Assembly: GCF_018350175.1 (NCBI RefSeq)
Contig: NC_058368.1
Span: 78,928,001 to 78,992,000 of the forward strand
Source of the DNA: Felis catus
Taxonomy: Eukaryota
Direction of reading: 5' to 3'
DNA length: 64,000 bases
Position numbers and translations under genes: made by a program. Positions 12,700 through 26,537 of this stretch are shown in pieces (position 1 is the first letter of the stretch; every line of letters begins with the position of its first letter). The notes under the pieces are model-generated. The model saw only the letters and a program-made list of their open reading frames with translations. It ran no database searches and was not told the DNA's origin.

Positions 12700-15374
12700 A
12701 GAAATCCCGTGAAATAGGCAAGAACAACATGTTATTGTGGAAGCAACGTCAGCTCTGGAAAGTTGTGATGCGTGGCCGGCCAGCTTCTTTATCCCCCCTT
12801 CCGATGCACCTGCCTTTGAGAATGCCTACACAGATCAGAGTGTCGGTGTTTAATCCACTTTCCAAGACATTTCTTTTTCTAAACTATAACTTTGACCTGT
12901 AGAGTGAAGGGAGTCCTATAGCCTGTCAATCTGTCAGAATGTCAGCTCTTCACTCAGTGCTTTCATGGTCTTTGGAGGGCATTAGGATATAATAGCACTC
13001 ACCTTCATGTCTGATCCTCAACCAAGAAGTAAGACAGTTGAGTAGGGCATTAAGAGCCAAGACACGGAGTCTGTGAAGGAGACAACAGAGCCAAGAGATG
13101 CCTGCCAACAGTGAGCAAGCTGCTTCTGACCTCTGCCTTCCCGAGGCCTGGCTTGCCCGGTGGTTCCGGTTGGCCTTTCAGAGGTAGCGCTGGGAGCAGA
13201 CCAGCAGGGACCCCAGGAGGAGAGCCCCAGCCTCCTGCCAGGGCCTCCTCCTTCACGTCGCGGTGGGGGATGGTGCTCCCGCAGAGCCCAGGAGACTTAC
13301 AGCCGGTGGAACGTCCCCCCGTGAGAGGAAACCCCAGGACCAGGAGGAAGCATCTCTACTTAACAAGATGTGAGTGCTCATTTAGGAGCTGATCGGCTTG
13401 AAAGACCGAAGGCCGATCTGATGCCAGAAGGCACATAGGCTTTGGGACTCCTGTGCTGAGTGAGCTGGGTCGCTTTTCCTTGGATTTCCCAAAGGATACA
13501 GCTGAACCCATCTGTCTTACGGTGTGACGGGCCTGCGCTCCTGCAGGCCTCAAGGTGTGGTCACTAGATATGCAGGAGGCCCTTACAGTTTACTCATAAC
13601 TTGCTGCTTGTTCACATTGAGTTGACAATCTTCAACAATGAAAGTGTGATTTTAAAGTAATATAGAATAGTTTCTATAGAAACACTGATAAAGTAGTTAC
13701 CTTGTATGTGACTTTTCTAGTATTACTTGGCCTCGACTCTACTGCATGTTGTCAGCTGACATCTAGTGACTGATGGAGCCATAGACAAATTCCATGTTGA
13801 AACCACGTGGGCATCCATATGTGAATTCCGATAACTTCGTGTGTAGACAATTGGCCACCACCAAGAATACTGGAAACACTGGCCTTCTAGTCCGTTCTCC
13901 ACTGGCCAGTTTTTTCTCAGCAAATCCGAAGCTGTATTGTCCAGGTCCTTCCTGGGGAAATAGCCCTTCTCCCCAAAGAGAAGTCTTCCCTCGGACACTT
14001 TGTTCACTGCAGTCAGACCAACGTTGAGGTCTGCTTACTCTTCTCAGGAGTCTTTAAGATGATTTCCAGGGTCTCTTTTCCCCACGGAGGTAGCTTACCT
14101 GACTGGGAAACAGCAGTATCCGGCAGCTTGAAGATTCCCCACTTCCCAAGTGGACTCAATCCCCTGTCTGCCTTGTGATAGCAGATGTGATGTGCAAACA
14201 CTTGGGGACTGTCGTCTCCTATATTTCTGTCCACGAGTCTTCCTGTAGCTCTAAGTAGGTTTCTTTCCGGGCCCCACCCGCTGTGTTCCAGAACATCATC
14301 TTATGAACAAAGTTTGTGACATAGAGAGGATTCTGGATACATTTCCTTAATACCTCCCTACTTCCATGATTTATTTTCCCTCATAATTGTAGAAATCCTT
14401 CTCCATTTCGCAATATTGGTTGCCTATTTTTAGTGTAACAGTCACAAGAGAAAGTCTTGCTTTTAAGTATTTGTTGTTCTTTTACTTAATAAAATTACAA
14501 ACCTTTTGAAAAAGATACTAGGGAGACATTAAATGTATCTCTGATCGGAAAAGGCAGCATGATGGACCACACTATGTTGGCCACAAGAAAATGTTTCTTC
14601 TAGTGTGTCAACATAAGTAGACTTGTCCACAGCTCTTGAAATCTGTGGTATTACTACGTGTCTTGGTGTAACCACTCTAGTAAATAAGTGTTATTTGTGG
14701 TGTAATGAAAACATGTGTTCTTATGCCTCACCTTCCCTTAAAGAGTGTGGTCTGAGGACAATGTTTCTGACCCTGGGGAACACAGAGGTAGGTCCCAAGG
14801 CTGCTCTGCCCCCCAATCACTGTTCTGTGAACTCTTTGTGTCCCCAAATATCCAGTGTTGAGACAGGAATTAAAAGTGTCCCAAGGTGGGAGTCCTCTCT
14901 GTGTGATAGCTGACGGCCTTCTAGGAAGGGAAGGGCTCCCATGGGAGATGTACTTTCCTATAGCTGGACAATGGTCATGGTCGACCTTTTCCTGGTTCCT
15001 CACAGGTTTCCTCCTGTAGTCCTCAGGGTGTGAGAAGGGCATTTCTTCCTTCCTTCATCGCCCACATGCCACCCGTGCTGGGGCAGCCCCCTCAGGGCAG
15101 GCTCACAGCACAGACGATCTAGCCCCCACACTTCCCCAGGTGTGCATCTTGGGTTTCTCTGGGTCGAAGGTAGAGGAGGGCTTGGGAATGGGACAGCGCC
15201 TTGAGAAGTCACAAGCATTTTCATTATTCACTTTTTATAACTTGTAAACCAAATACATGCTCTGAACTGCAATGAACTTTTTCTAAAGGATATCATGCGT
15301 GTGATTCTAAAATGAGATAAATGTCGGAGAGCCTAACAAAAGTATCATGAATAGCATAATTTAAAAAAAAATAA

Positions 15375-15405
15375 TAAAATAAAATAAAATAAAATAAAAT
15401 AAAAT
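15375..15405. repeat. (AAAAT)n microsatellite
   Basis: About 6 tandem AAAAT units. Confidence 0.85.
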
Positions 15406-15512
15406 AATAAAAAATAATTTTTGCCACTCCTAAACTTGGACCCGTCTCACAGTGCAACACTTCCATCCCGGCGGTTGAATTGGCAATGTTACATTTAAAA
15501 TGATCACTTTTC

Positions 15513-15721
15513 GGGGCGCCTGGGTGGCTCAGTCAGTTGAGCTCAGGTCACGATGTCACAGTCTGTGAGTTCAAGCCCTGTGTTGGGCTTTGTGCTGACA
15601 GCTCAGAGCCTGTCTCTTCGGATTCTGTGTCTCCTTCTCTCCCTGCCCCTCCCCTGCTCTCTCTCTCTCTCTCTCTCTCTCTGTCAAAAAGAAATAAACA
15701 TTAAAAAAATTTTTTTTTTGT
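15513..15721 (+). mobile_element. CAN-SINE with a small internal deletion
   Basis: Head, (CT)n tract, tail. Perfect TSD aaatgatcacttttc at 15498-15512 and 15722-15736. Confidence 0.92.
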
Positions 15722-17418
15722 AAATGATCACTTTTCCCTAAAGTGACACCTTCCCCAGAGTTCTGGTGCAAACTTGACCCCTGCAGAGACCCCCACGGGC
15801 CAGGAGGTTCTTGAACCTCAGAGGGGTTGTGGGAACCTTGGGAGAGTCCCCCAAATGTTCCCCAAATTTCACTCACGTTCTTCATGTGTTCTGAGTACAA
15901 TGGTTTACATTCCTGAGGACACCTGAGAAGTCGAACCTGTGCAGCATTTTCTGTTTCACCATTAAACACACCCTAAGAATAAATAGACTGAACGTTATAG
16001 AAGGTTAGCATACGGAGGTTAAGAGACCAGCGAGGTAGAGTGAGATCAACCATATGCTTCATTTATTTATGAACTTACTTATTTGTTCATCCCTTCATTC
16101 CTTTGTGCACTCATTCATTTCTGTCTGCCTGTTCTGAAATCCACATTTTTTGGGCAGCGCAATTTGGCATGCAAATATATGCGGTAAATAAACTTGAGTT
16201 TCAAGCATACATATGGAGATTTGGGGGTTTGTACTGAGCCTTTGGTTTCTTAAATATGCTTACACTGTATTACGTTCTTACAATATTTTAGTTGAGCTAA
16301 ACATAAACATTTAAAAACTTTATGATTAATTACATTCGGCTTCAGTGACTTATAGAAACTTTGGATGAGTTCCCCAAAAGTGTCTTCAGACACCAAAACT
16401 GACAGTTCATCTTCCTCATTTTCATCCTGAGTCCTCATGTATCCACACCCGTTCCCCCTGGTTCCTCCAAGAACCTCAGTTGGTGCCCGGGGTTACCTGA
16501 GGATAATGAGAGGACGCACACAAAGTTGTCCGCGTGGCACCTGATGTGGCGGGAGTGGCTGCGACTGTAAAATCGTGGCGGGTATGGCTGGAAAGAATGT
16601 TCCTGGTTTATGGCAGTCTGTCTGTGGAGAGGGAAGGTTCTGAAGAAATGCAGATGGGCGGCATGTTGAAAACCTGAGATGCGGTCCAGTCTCTTCCACC
16701 GAATTTGGATTTGGTGACCTTGTTTGTTTTGGGGAGTGACAAGTAGGGGAACTGTGTTGCTCCCTAGAAATAGGGATGTCACTGTTCAAGTACACTCCCG
16801 GATGGGAGGGACGTTTTCTGTTTGCTCCATTGTCTTTGCAGTAAGCAATGACAATGGATGTGCCCTGATCAGTTTCCATATTCTGTCCTTTCTGTTTGGA
16901 CACGCCCATGACTCGCTTGCCCGACTAGTCCAGAGCGCAGTGTGTGGTCCTTGATTATTGCACAGATGAGGTCTACGTGGGCTAGAAACCGTGATATTTC
17001 CCACTCAGTTAGGGGGTCCTTGAAGAAAAACTCGCATGGTGGGATGCCAGCTCCTAGCTGTGGACAGGTGAGTAGGCAGTGCCTGGACTATGTTCTGGCT
17101 GTGACTTGAGCAGAGAGCTGGTGCTCTCAGGGGTGGGGGGCCCTCTGAGCACCTGGAGACAGGTGGGAGAATGAGGTCAAATTGGAATGAAGGCTCCAGG
17201 TTTTCAATATGAAAGTGACGCTGTCTTTCACGGGAGGTAGGGGGTCACCACCCCAGCAAATGTCTAGAGTCTCTGTCCTTCGATCCGCAGACTAAGATTG
17301 ATTATGGAAAGAGAAAAGAAGGCTGTTGAAAAGATATCACGTGTGAAATTTCTCACTCTTCAATGCTGCCTCTCCTATCCAGGAAAACTGTAGTGTGGGG
17401 TTAAAATAACAGACAGAA

Positions 17419-17544
17419 GGGCCACCTGGGTGGCTCAGTCGGTTGAGCATCTGACTTTGGCTCAGGTCATGATCTCATGGTTCATGAATTCAAGCCCCAC
17501 ATTGGGCTCTGTGCTGACAGCTTAGAGCCTGGAACCTGCTTTGG

Positions 17545-17582
<38 letters not shown>

Positions 17583-17653
17583 CCGCCCCCACTCACAGTC
17601 TGTCTCTCTCTCTCTCTCTCAAAAATGAATAAACGTTAAAAATTGTTTAAAAT
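17419..17653 (+). mobile_element. CAN-SINE
   Basis: Head, expanded (CT)n tract, tail. Perfect TSD aaataacagacagaag at 17404 and 17654. Confidence 0.93.
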
Positions 17654-19019
17654 AAATAACAGACAGAAGTGTTAAACAGATACACCAGTGAGGAAGAGAG
17701 CCAGACCGTTTTAGAGAGGAGTTGAAGTTTTCTTCAGTTCTTTTCTTGTTTTTTTTTTCTTTTTCTTTTTCTTTTAATTCACATATCAATTCAGTGATTT
17801 GGTTCCTGAAATCATCAGCAGGATGTTTTCTGTATTTGGCCCTGCTTCCGAATGCATATATTCTGATAATAAAGAAAACTCATTTTGCAAGTTAGCAGGG
17901 AACATCCTAGACATCCAGAAAGATTCCCATCGGCATAGTCACCAAATGGCAACCAGCAGTCTGGCTGGGGTCTTGGCGGGGGACGGCGGTGTCAGCCCGC
18001 GTGCCACAGCCGATGACTCACTCGCTGAAACGAGAAAACAGAAACACGTCCCGGGGGACATAAATTTCAGGGGCTGTCACCGAGGCAGGTGAACCCACTC
18101 CTGCCCAGCATCTGACACCCCTGGGAAGGCTGTGAGTGTCCAAATGAACGTGGAGACTTCGTGGTAGGATTGGAAGAAGCAAGTTAATGTTCAGACCTCA
18201 GAAAAATTGCCCTCCTTCCTTAGATGAGACTTGCTCTCTTCTCTTCATTAGAGAGAACAAATATTTCCTGGAGGGAAAATGGAAGCATAGCTTTGGAGAG
18301 CTCTGCAGGCTGGGTTACAAAAGGAACCCGTGTCAGCATTTTGGGTAATGTGTATTTGGTCTGAAGACTGTCTCGCTGAACGGGGGAGGGGGCCTATCTC
18401 GACCTTGGTGCTCCGAAATGAAAATACAGCGGATTAACCGGGTCAGCCGGATATGTGGCTTACGTTGATCTGGGAAGTCTCCTCAGTTTTATTCTGCTGT
18501 GAATTCAGTTCATATACTAATCATTTTGAATATTTACTTGCACATAGGCACACGTTTGTGGGAGTTCCAAGGATTTTAAGTAGAAAGTAATATTTTTCCC
18601 GTTTATATTGGATTATGTAGGCAAGTTTGTTGTGATCACCCATTTCTCTCTCCTTGAGGCAATCATGTAGGGCTTAATGTACTTACGAAATGTTATAGTG
18701 TCTTTTGTTAGGTCAGAGTTTAGTTTGAGAATCCGGTGAAGGGCATAAACACAGACTTGCACATAGAGTCCCTCACGTAATTTCTGGGGATGAATAGACC
18801 AAACCCACCCGAACAAAATCCATGTACCTGGGCTGTAACGCTCTTTCAATTTGTTTATTAATGAATTTAATATTTCTGAACTTATACTGTCAGTGTGGTT
18901 GATGGTGTCCTGATAGTTCTTGAGGATTTCTAAGTCAAAGTATTTTTGGTAATGATTTTGTGGCTGAGATGTTTTTTAATTAAAAAATTATCATCAACAG
19001 TTTCAGAAAACCTCTGTGA

Positions 19020-19242
19020 TTTTTTTTTTAATTTTTTTTCAACGTTTATTTATTTTTGGGACAGAGAGAGACAGAGCATGAACGGGGGAGGGGCAGAGAG
19101 AGAGGGAGACACAGAATCGGAAACAGGCTCCAGGCTCTGAGCCATCAGCCCAGAGCCTGACGCGGGGCTCGAACTCACGGACCTCGAGATCGTGACCTGA
19201 CCGAAGTCTGATGCTTAACCGACTGCGCCACCCAGGTGCCCC
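19020..19242 (-). mobile_element. Young felid CAN-SINE (SINEC_Fc-like)
   Basis: Many CpGs retained, long T-tail. TSD cctctgtgattttt at 19010 and 19245. Confidence 0.94.
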
Positions 19243-19692
19243 ATCCTCTGTGATTTTTAACAACATACCCTGACATACCTTCTAGTAGATGAATAACGAT
19301 TTTTCAAACACTAATAGGGCAGTAAGCATGTTGACCTAGTCTGTGAGATTATATTTGGTAGGTTAGATTTTTAGCTATAACTGAGTATGGGGCAAGGATC
19401 TCGTCTGTCAGGGCCAGGAAGTCAGAAAGGTGGTTTATAATGCGCTGGGGGGCCTGATGGTGCTAAGGAGACAGCATCTTTGTGCTGTACTTCCAGCAGC
19501 CATTAAAAATATCTTTTGGATTACGGTTCATACCTGGACTGTTTGCACAGATCATCTCTACTTTATCTACCGCCTTATGACTGTGTCAAATCCTGTATCC
19601 AGGCTGTTTGTTTGCCTTCTTGAGGGGGATTTGTCATTACTTATATACCTGCTTCTTGGGTTCCACAGGATGCATAGACCTTAATCCAAATC

Positions 19693-19746
19693 GTGTGTGT
19701 GTGTGTGTGTGTACGTGTGTGTGCATGCGTGTGTGTGTGTGTGTGT
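19693..19746. repeat. Interrupted (TG)n microsatellite
   Basis: Alternating purine-pyrimidine run of ~54 bp. Confidence 0.9.
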
Positions 19747-20433
19747 GATTATATTGTTCTTAAATTATTTAACCAGAAGGCTCTTCTTTTTTCTTTGAAA
19801 TGTCAGGTGCAACCTCTGACTTTTTAAAAAGACTTTTAAAAGGCTATGCAATGTGGTCATAACATTTATACACGTTCTTAAGAAAGTACCTTTTGTTTTA
19901 TCTTTTGCCAAGAAACGAGGCCAGTTTGGGCAGGTTAAGTCTTTGAGCTACAAGTTTGCTGTTTCGTCTTCTCCAAGGTGGCAGCCATTGGGAGCGTCCC
20001 TGGGGATGAGAGTGGTCCATCACTGTGACTTGAATATCTCAAAAGGGTGCAACAGCATCATTACCCTGCCAAATGCTACCCACAGATGCGTCGCCTCTGT
20101 GTTAGCTGAGGGCTTGCCATCATTCCCTCCAGCTGGAGGCTTTAAGTGGGCTGTGTTTTACTCCTTCCTGAGCCAGATGAGGAGGAAAGATTTTCTTGAA
20201 AAGGAGGAACGGGATTTTTCAGAATATCTGTGCTCCATCATCCTCCCAAGTAGGGAGAGAACTTGTACGATTATCTCCTGACTCCAGATTTAAGTGCCTT
20301 CTTCTCCTTGGGAACTACCCATGTCGCTGATTGGACAATCTGTAGTGATTGTCAACAGTGTGGGGTAGGGCAGGGCTTGGTGACCATCACAAAGCAAAGG
20401 GATATTAAAAATAACTTAAATCTTTTTGCTGGT

Positions 20434-20628
20434 GGGGCGCCTGGGTGGCTCAGTCGGCTGAGCATCTGACAGCTGGTTTCGGCTCAGGTCATGATGTCAT
20501 GGTTCATGAGTTGGAGCCCCGTGTGGGGCTCTGGGCTGACAGCTTGGAGCCTATTTGGGATTCTCTCTTTCTCTCTCTGCCCCTCCCCTGCTTGTGTGCT
20601 CACTCTCTCAAAATAAGTAAACTTAAAA
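20434..20628 (+). mobile_element. CAN-SINE
   Basis: GGGGCGCCTGGGTGGCTCAGTC head, CT tract, short tail. Flanks share tctttttgc. Confidence 0.88.
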
Positions 20629-21763
20629 GTATCTTTTTGCCAAATCACACACATCTTCCCCGTAACACTTAAGGAATAGAGAATTTGAAATACCCCCCCC
20701 CCCGTCTTTTTGGGGATGAAATAAGTGAAGTAGCAGTCTAAATGGTAAGCTAAGTGATAGGCAAGTGGAGTAAGAAAAAAATGTCTAGATATTAAATGCT
20801 TTTTCACCGTTATTCTGATAAATTGGTAATTAATTTCCCCAAGAAAACATCTGACCGTATGATGTATTGAACCTCACTTGAAAATCCTAAGTAAAATCTC
20901 ATTCCCTCATCCCCCCCCCCCCTCTGTCTCATTTGATATGCATTTTATAAATTCTGGTTAAAAGTTCAAAAACGATCAGAGACATTATCTGTCCTCAATT
21001 AGAGACACAAAACTGGGAACGAAGTGAAACTTGCTTCTGAAGTAAGGATCGAAGGTGTAAATGAATCCAATTAAAAACCAAATATTTACTTATTAGTTTT
21101 AATTTTCTCCCTTAACAGTTTATTAAAATGATTATCAAGATTTAAACTCTTTGATGGATAGTACAAATCAAAAAGACATCTGCAAGAGAGATAATCTAAA
21201 AATCCAGACCATCGGTTCCTAAGTCATTAAGAGTTGGCAAAATGTTATTTTGTACATGACTTTATCAATTATAATGCACTTAATTCTTTAATAAATGAAT
21301 TTATATTATTCATTCCCAAATGCCTCATAGAAATACTCAAACACCTGCTGTGCATTTGTGGGAAAAAGAAAATAGACTTACCCAGTTTTTTCTTTATCTG
21401 TTTAACATATGATATCTGTCTTCATGAAGGGTCTTTTTGTGGAGGTGGGGGGAGATGTAGGAATCAGGAAGGGTATGGAGGGTGTGGCCAGGTCAGTCAC
21501 TCACCTCCTATCTAGAAGGAACACTGCCAACACTCACCACTTCCTCTTCAGACTTTTCACATAGAAGAAGGGAGATTACAAGTAAAAGCTCAAGTTCCTT
21601 TTATTTGCCAACAAAGATCCTTCTTCCTCTTCCGCCCCAGATACAGCAATATCATCAATCCTGGGTAAATTTCCCACAGTTTTTTTTTTTTTTTTATTTG
21701 TTTGTTTAGATGTTGTTGTTGCAAATCTGTATAACGTGAGACATTAAGAATTGAAGACATGCT

Positions 21764-21975
21764 GGGGCGCCTGGGTGGTTCAGTTGGTTAAGCGTCCGAC
21801 TTTGGCTCAGGTCATGATCTCGAGGTTTGTGAGTTCGAGCCCTGTGTCGGGCTCCATGCTGACAGCTTGGAGCCTGGAGCCTGCTTTGGATTCTGTGTCT
21901 CCCTCTCTATCTGCCCTTGCCCCGCTCACGTTCTGCCTCTCTCTGTCTCTCAAAAATGAATAAATGTTAAAAAAA
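21764..21975 (+). mobile_element. CAN-SINE whose tail runs into a purine microsatellite
   Basis: Full head and body. TSD-like gaaga(c/a)atgct before the head and after the repeat. Confidence 0.92.
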
Positions 21976-22041
21976 GAAGAAGGAGAAGGAGAAGGAGAAG
22001 GAGAAGGAGAAGGAGAAGGAGAAGAAAGAAGAAGAAGAAGA
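21976..22041. repeat. (GAAGGA)n + (GAA)n purine microsatellite
   Basis: About 7 GAAGGA units followed by GAA triplets. Confidence 0.9.
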
Positions 22042-22329
22042 AATGCTATCTTGTGCCGGGACGCGGTGGTCTGACTTCAGGCCCCTGGTAGACAGCCTTT
22101 TCCTACTTCAAAGTCCCCTTCCATTTGTTCCTGAAACCCTTAGATTTTCAAAACATCAGGAATTTACTTCTGTTTATATGAAGGATTGATAACATTTTAT
22201 ATTTTTAGTCAAATTTTCCACGATCCCTCCCCCACTTATCCCCAATTATTAGAAATGCTTTTTTTCCCCTCCTGATTTTTAATCTGTTTCACTAAAACTG
22301 TATCAATAACATATTGTTTTAATAAGTAA

Positions 22330-24050
22330 GTCCTCATATAATAACTTTTTATTTTCCTCTCTGTTTTGGTTATCCCTGGATCTTTACGTTTGCATATGAA
22401 TTTTACAATCACTTTGACTCAGTCCATAAAAAAAAATTCTTTGGGGATTTCAACTAGAAATACATTTATAGATTAATATGGGGAGAACTGGTTTGTTTAG
22501 ATTCTTTTCTGCCATAAATATGATCTTTATTTCTATTTGTTCATGTATTTTTCTTAAATATCCTTGTATTTTTGTCAATTTCTTATACATCTTGATTTTT
22601 TTCTATGCACTTGTACTTTTTGTTGCCATTTTTCTATTACATTTTAATTTGTTTATTGGGAACTCTCAATCTTGCATTTCATATGTTGATCTTCTATCTA
22701 GAAACCCTGCTGACTTTTCTTATTAGTTCTAATAATTTTCCTGTGGAATAGCTTAGTATTTTCTACTGTAAATGATCATAATTACTTTTTTTTCCTCTTC
22801 TTTGTGTCTTATGTCTTTTATTTCTTCTTCCTTTATTGCATTGGCTAGCACGGCCAGTATAATGTTGATAATTTGTGGTGATAGTGGATATTCTTCTCTT
22901 GTTTCCAAATTAATGTAATACCTCTAAATATGTGCCGTTAAGTAATCTGCTTACTTAGGATTTCAGAGATAATCTTTCCTAAGTGTTTCCAATGTAAAGC
23001 TTAATGTGAAGCTTTTTTCCTGTACACATTGAGAGTACTGTGACTCTCTCCTTTTCTTTGCTCACGTAGCAAGCTACGTTGACGTATATATATATATTTT
23101 TTATGTTGAAAAATTCTTTATTTAGAGTGTGAATTCTGTTTGGTCATAATGTCCTAGATTCAATTTTCTAGTGTCTATTAAAGATGTTTACATTTATTTT
23201 CACTAGTGAGACGAGATTCTATTTTTTTTTTCCTTCTTATCCAATCCTTGGCTCTCAGGTTTATGTGAAAGAGAAAATTGCGTAGCTTTCTCTGTTTCTC
23301 GCCTCTCTAAAACGGTGTGTGCTAAAGGAAGATGGTATGTGCCCTGAATGCCTGGTGAAAGTCTTTCTAAAATCTTTTTGGGAGGTGGAGGGTGGATTGC
23401 CTTTTGAATACTAATAATTTTATGATTTTATTTAATTTATTTTTTACATTTATTTAGTTTTGGGAGACAGAGAGAGACAGAGCATGAACAGGGGAGGGGT
23501 GGAGATACGGGAAGATACAGATTCCGAAGCAGGCTCCAGGCTCTGAGCTGTCAGCACAGAGCCCGACGTGGGGCTCGAACTGTGAGATCACCACCTGAGC
23601 CAAAGTTGGACGCTTAACCAACTGAGCCACCCAGGTGCCCCAACTACTCATTATTTTAAAGTTTATAGGTCTAATCAGATTGTTTTGTTTCTTTTTTAAG
23701 TCATTCATATTTTGTAGAAAACTGTCCACTTTAATTTTAAATGTATTCACCAACTAAATCATAGCTTTGCTTTACAGTCCTTCAATCTCTCCTGTAGCTG
23801 TAGTTTGACAACATTGACATTCCTGGTGGTTTATTTATGCCTTTGCCCCAGTATCCCTGAGGAATCTTGCTTGAAACCTGCCTCTGAAAATTATTTGTCT
23901 TAAAACATCTTTTTCGTTTTCATTTCTCACGTTAATGTTATTCCTTTTATTAGGTCCTGCAGTTTCATTATATCCCTGTTTTCACTTCCTTTGAATTTTG
24001 CTTTTTTGTTTTTGTTTTTTTTCCCCCTACTTCCTAAGTGGAATGTTTGT
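22330..24050 (-). mobile_element. Old LINE-1 (L1M-type) ORF2-region fragments, interrupted by a SINE
   Basis: T-rich antisense-L1 signatures (catatgaatttta...atttatagattaatatggggagaactg; ctttattgcattggctagc...agtataatgttga...gtggtgatagtgg). Boundaries approximate. Confidence 0.65.
23425..23641 (-). mobile_element. CAN-SINE
   Basis: Antisense head, body and tail. Confidence 0.9.
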
Positions 24051-25504
24051 CTCCTATTTTTCGATGATTTCGTTGACCCTGAGTCTGTAAAGTATCTCCC
24101 AAGGACCTAGTGCCTTCCAGACGCTTACCATGTAGCGCTCCCTTTGTTGTTTAGTTCTAAATATTTTGTCTTTATGCTGTTTCAGAGATAAAATAACAAA
24201 CAGTTTGTCAGAAAAATAAATTTGACACACCATGTTTTTCTCTCCCTTCACCCAAACTGGGAAGTTTTTTCCCCATTAAATAATGAGATTTCTTTGATTC
24301 TTATGAATATAGTATGAGTGACTTCTATTTCTGTGTAGACTTATTTAAATCATGGTGCTATCACCATGACAACCAGAACTACACAATTTAGCAAACTATC
24401 TGAGACAAACCTGCTTTCTAAATAATTCTCCTTCTGCTCCGTTTCCTTACCAAAACACCCATATGTATAATGATTTCCTGAAGAGCTAAGAACCTTTTCT
24501 CTGTAATTGTACATTTGTTTTTCATTATTTTGGGAGATCCATTTTTTTTTCCAATAGAAGGATCGAGAGGAATGAAAAATATTAGAGTTTTACCAAAGCA
24601 GCATTTATTGTAACGCTCAGACAAAATTTTAAATTGCCACATAATACATACAAAATAATGGTTAAAATTTTACCACCCTTGTTATAAACATTACCAAATA
24701 CTATGGACACAATAACGGATACATTTAAATATTAATCATGATTATGTGATAAATTGTTTGAAGAACAGTGCAGATTATTGAACCAATAAATAACCATGTA
24801 CTTTTCCCTTAAGTACATGTTTTCAGGATATGGAAAAAGATTTGTCATAACTCTGAGAATATGACATTTTTCGTATCAGACAGGGGTTGCTTTTCGTTTT
24901 CGGTAAAGACCATCATATAAGTCGCAAATATTTTTTGGGGACTCAAACAGATTCAACAAAATGTGTAAGAAACTCGGTGATTTAGAAGGCTAATGAAAAA
25001 CCTCCCAGCCTTCTCCTTCTCCGGTTCTTTTTTGAGCCCAGCTTGCAGAGGTTAGAGCTTGTATATTTTATCCAAAGGATAAAATTCATCGCACTGCTGG
25101 CCATGCCCACTCTCTTGTGTTACTTCTAACTCGGGAAATGCATTTGGCCTCTTTTCCACCCCTTGATAACCTGTCCTGCTCAATAGAGTTAACCAAATCT
25201 GTATTTATTATGCTCCTCTGTGCCTGTCATTTGAGCACAGTGGCTGTTCTGCCAGAATAAATAATGCTGCAGTGCCGTTCAGATGAGAGCACAATGTCCC
25301 AGTCTGGCTCTTGGTGACCCTGTCTCTCCCTGAAGAAAACACCGGGGAGGAAATGTCAGTACCGCAAGCTTAAAGATTGTTTGCCTGTTTCTATTACAAT
25401 TTTCTAATTGAGGAGGATGTGCTTTTCAACATTTTTGGGTTCTGTCAGCTCCAGGTTTTTCAACTTTTTTTGCTTCATATACCATCTCCTTAAAAATACA
25501 TTTC

Positions 25505-25718
25505 CAGTGCGCCTGGGTGGCTCGGTTGGTTGGGTGACCAACTCTGGCTCAGGTCATGATCTCACAGTTTGTGAGTTTGAGCCCCGCATCGGGCTCTGTG
25601 CTGACAGCTTGGAGCCTGGAGCCTACTTCAGATTCTATGTCTCACCCTCTTTCTACCCCTCCCCTGCTCACGCTCTGTGTCTCTCTGTCTCTCAATAACA
25701 AATAAACGTTAAAAAAAT
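25505..25718 (+). mobile_element. CAN-SINE
   Basis: Body, CT tract, tail. Flanking repeat ttaaaaatacatttc. Confidence 0.9.
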
Positions 25719-25905
25719 TAAAAATACATTTCTAAGCCTGGCTACTGTGCAGATGTTAATACGTGATAAAGGTGTACTTACAAGAAAAAGATGCAATTAT
25801 CGTGGTTATCATTTATTAGACATTACCTATAAATGAGCTGGGCTTTGTGCCAAGGATTACTGAAGTTAATATTGACATTAGCCATGAGGTGAGTATTGTG
25901 GACTC

Positions 25906-25994
25906 CCTGTTTTAAATAAAGAAACTGGAATTCAGGTTTAGTAAGGGGCCTGTTTTAAATAAAGAAACTGGAATTCAGGTTTAGTAAGGGGCCT
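25906..25994. repeat. Perfect 43-bp tandem duplication within a MIR-like segment
   Basis: cctgttttaaataaagaaactggaattcaggtttagtaagggg twice, followed by cct. Confidence 0.95.
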
Positions 25995-26537
25995 TAGTCA
26001 CACAGTCTGGCAATGATGGATTTCACGTACGAACCCCAAGTATGTTGGGATCGAAACCCAAGTTTTCCCCCAAACACCTCCCACATTGAAGACTGCCAGA
26101 AGAATGATACGAAAGCATAGTTTTATAACTAAAATTTTAAATTAACCTTTTCAAATATAGATGGTGTCTTCATTTCCCATAAAATCGTTATGTAAAGTTT
26201 CAGATATTTTTATATGGACATGACCACGAGAGCAAGGTTGTTCTCTGCTTTTTTTGTAGGTGGACTTCTGACATCTTGAACAGGGCTTTGCAAAACTAAG
26301 TGTTCTGTATATATTCACTGAAAAGGTGAATGAACTAAAAAATGAATTAGTTAGAAGCGCCTCTCAAGAGAAGAGGCTTTGGTAGATTGAGTGGTCCCAG
26401 TCCTTCATTTCTCTGCATCCGTGTGGGGAATATAGTAGGACTTTCAACACTTCTCTTATCGAGAGTTAAGTCTATTTCCCCTCTCTTTGAACTTGAGCTG
26501 CACTTGTGACTTGCTCCAGCCAAGACAATACAGCAAA

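Noticed and set aside
16250..16438. Acidic minus-strand ORF (QDENEEDE...) resembling a decayed DNA-transposon end
   Set aside because: No terminal inverted repeat or family could be identified by eye. It needs RepeatMasker, so it was not called.
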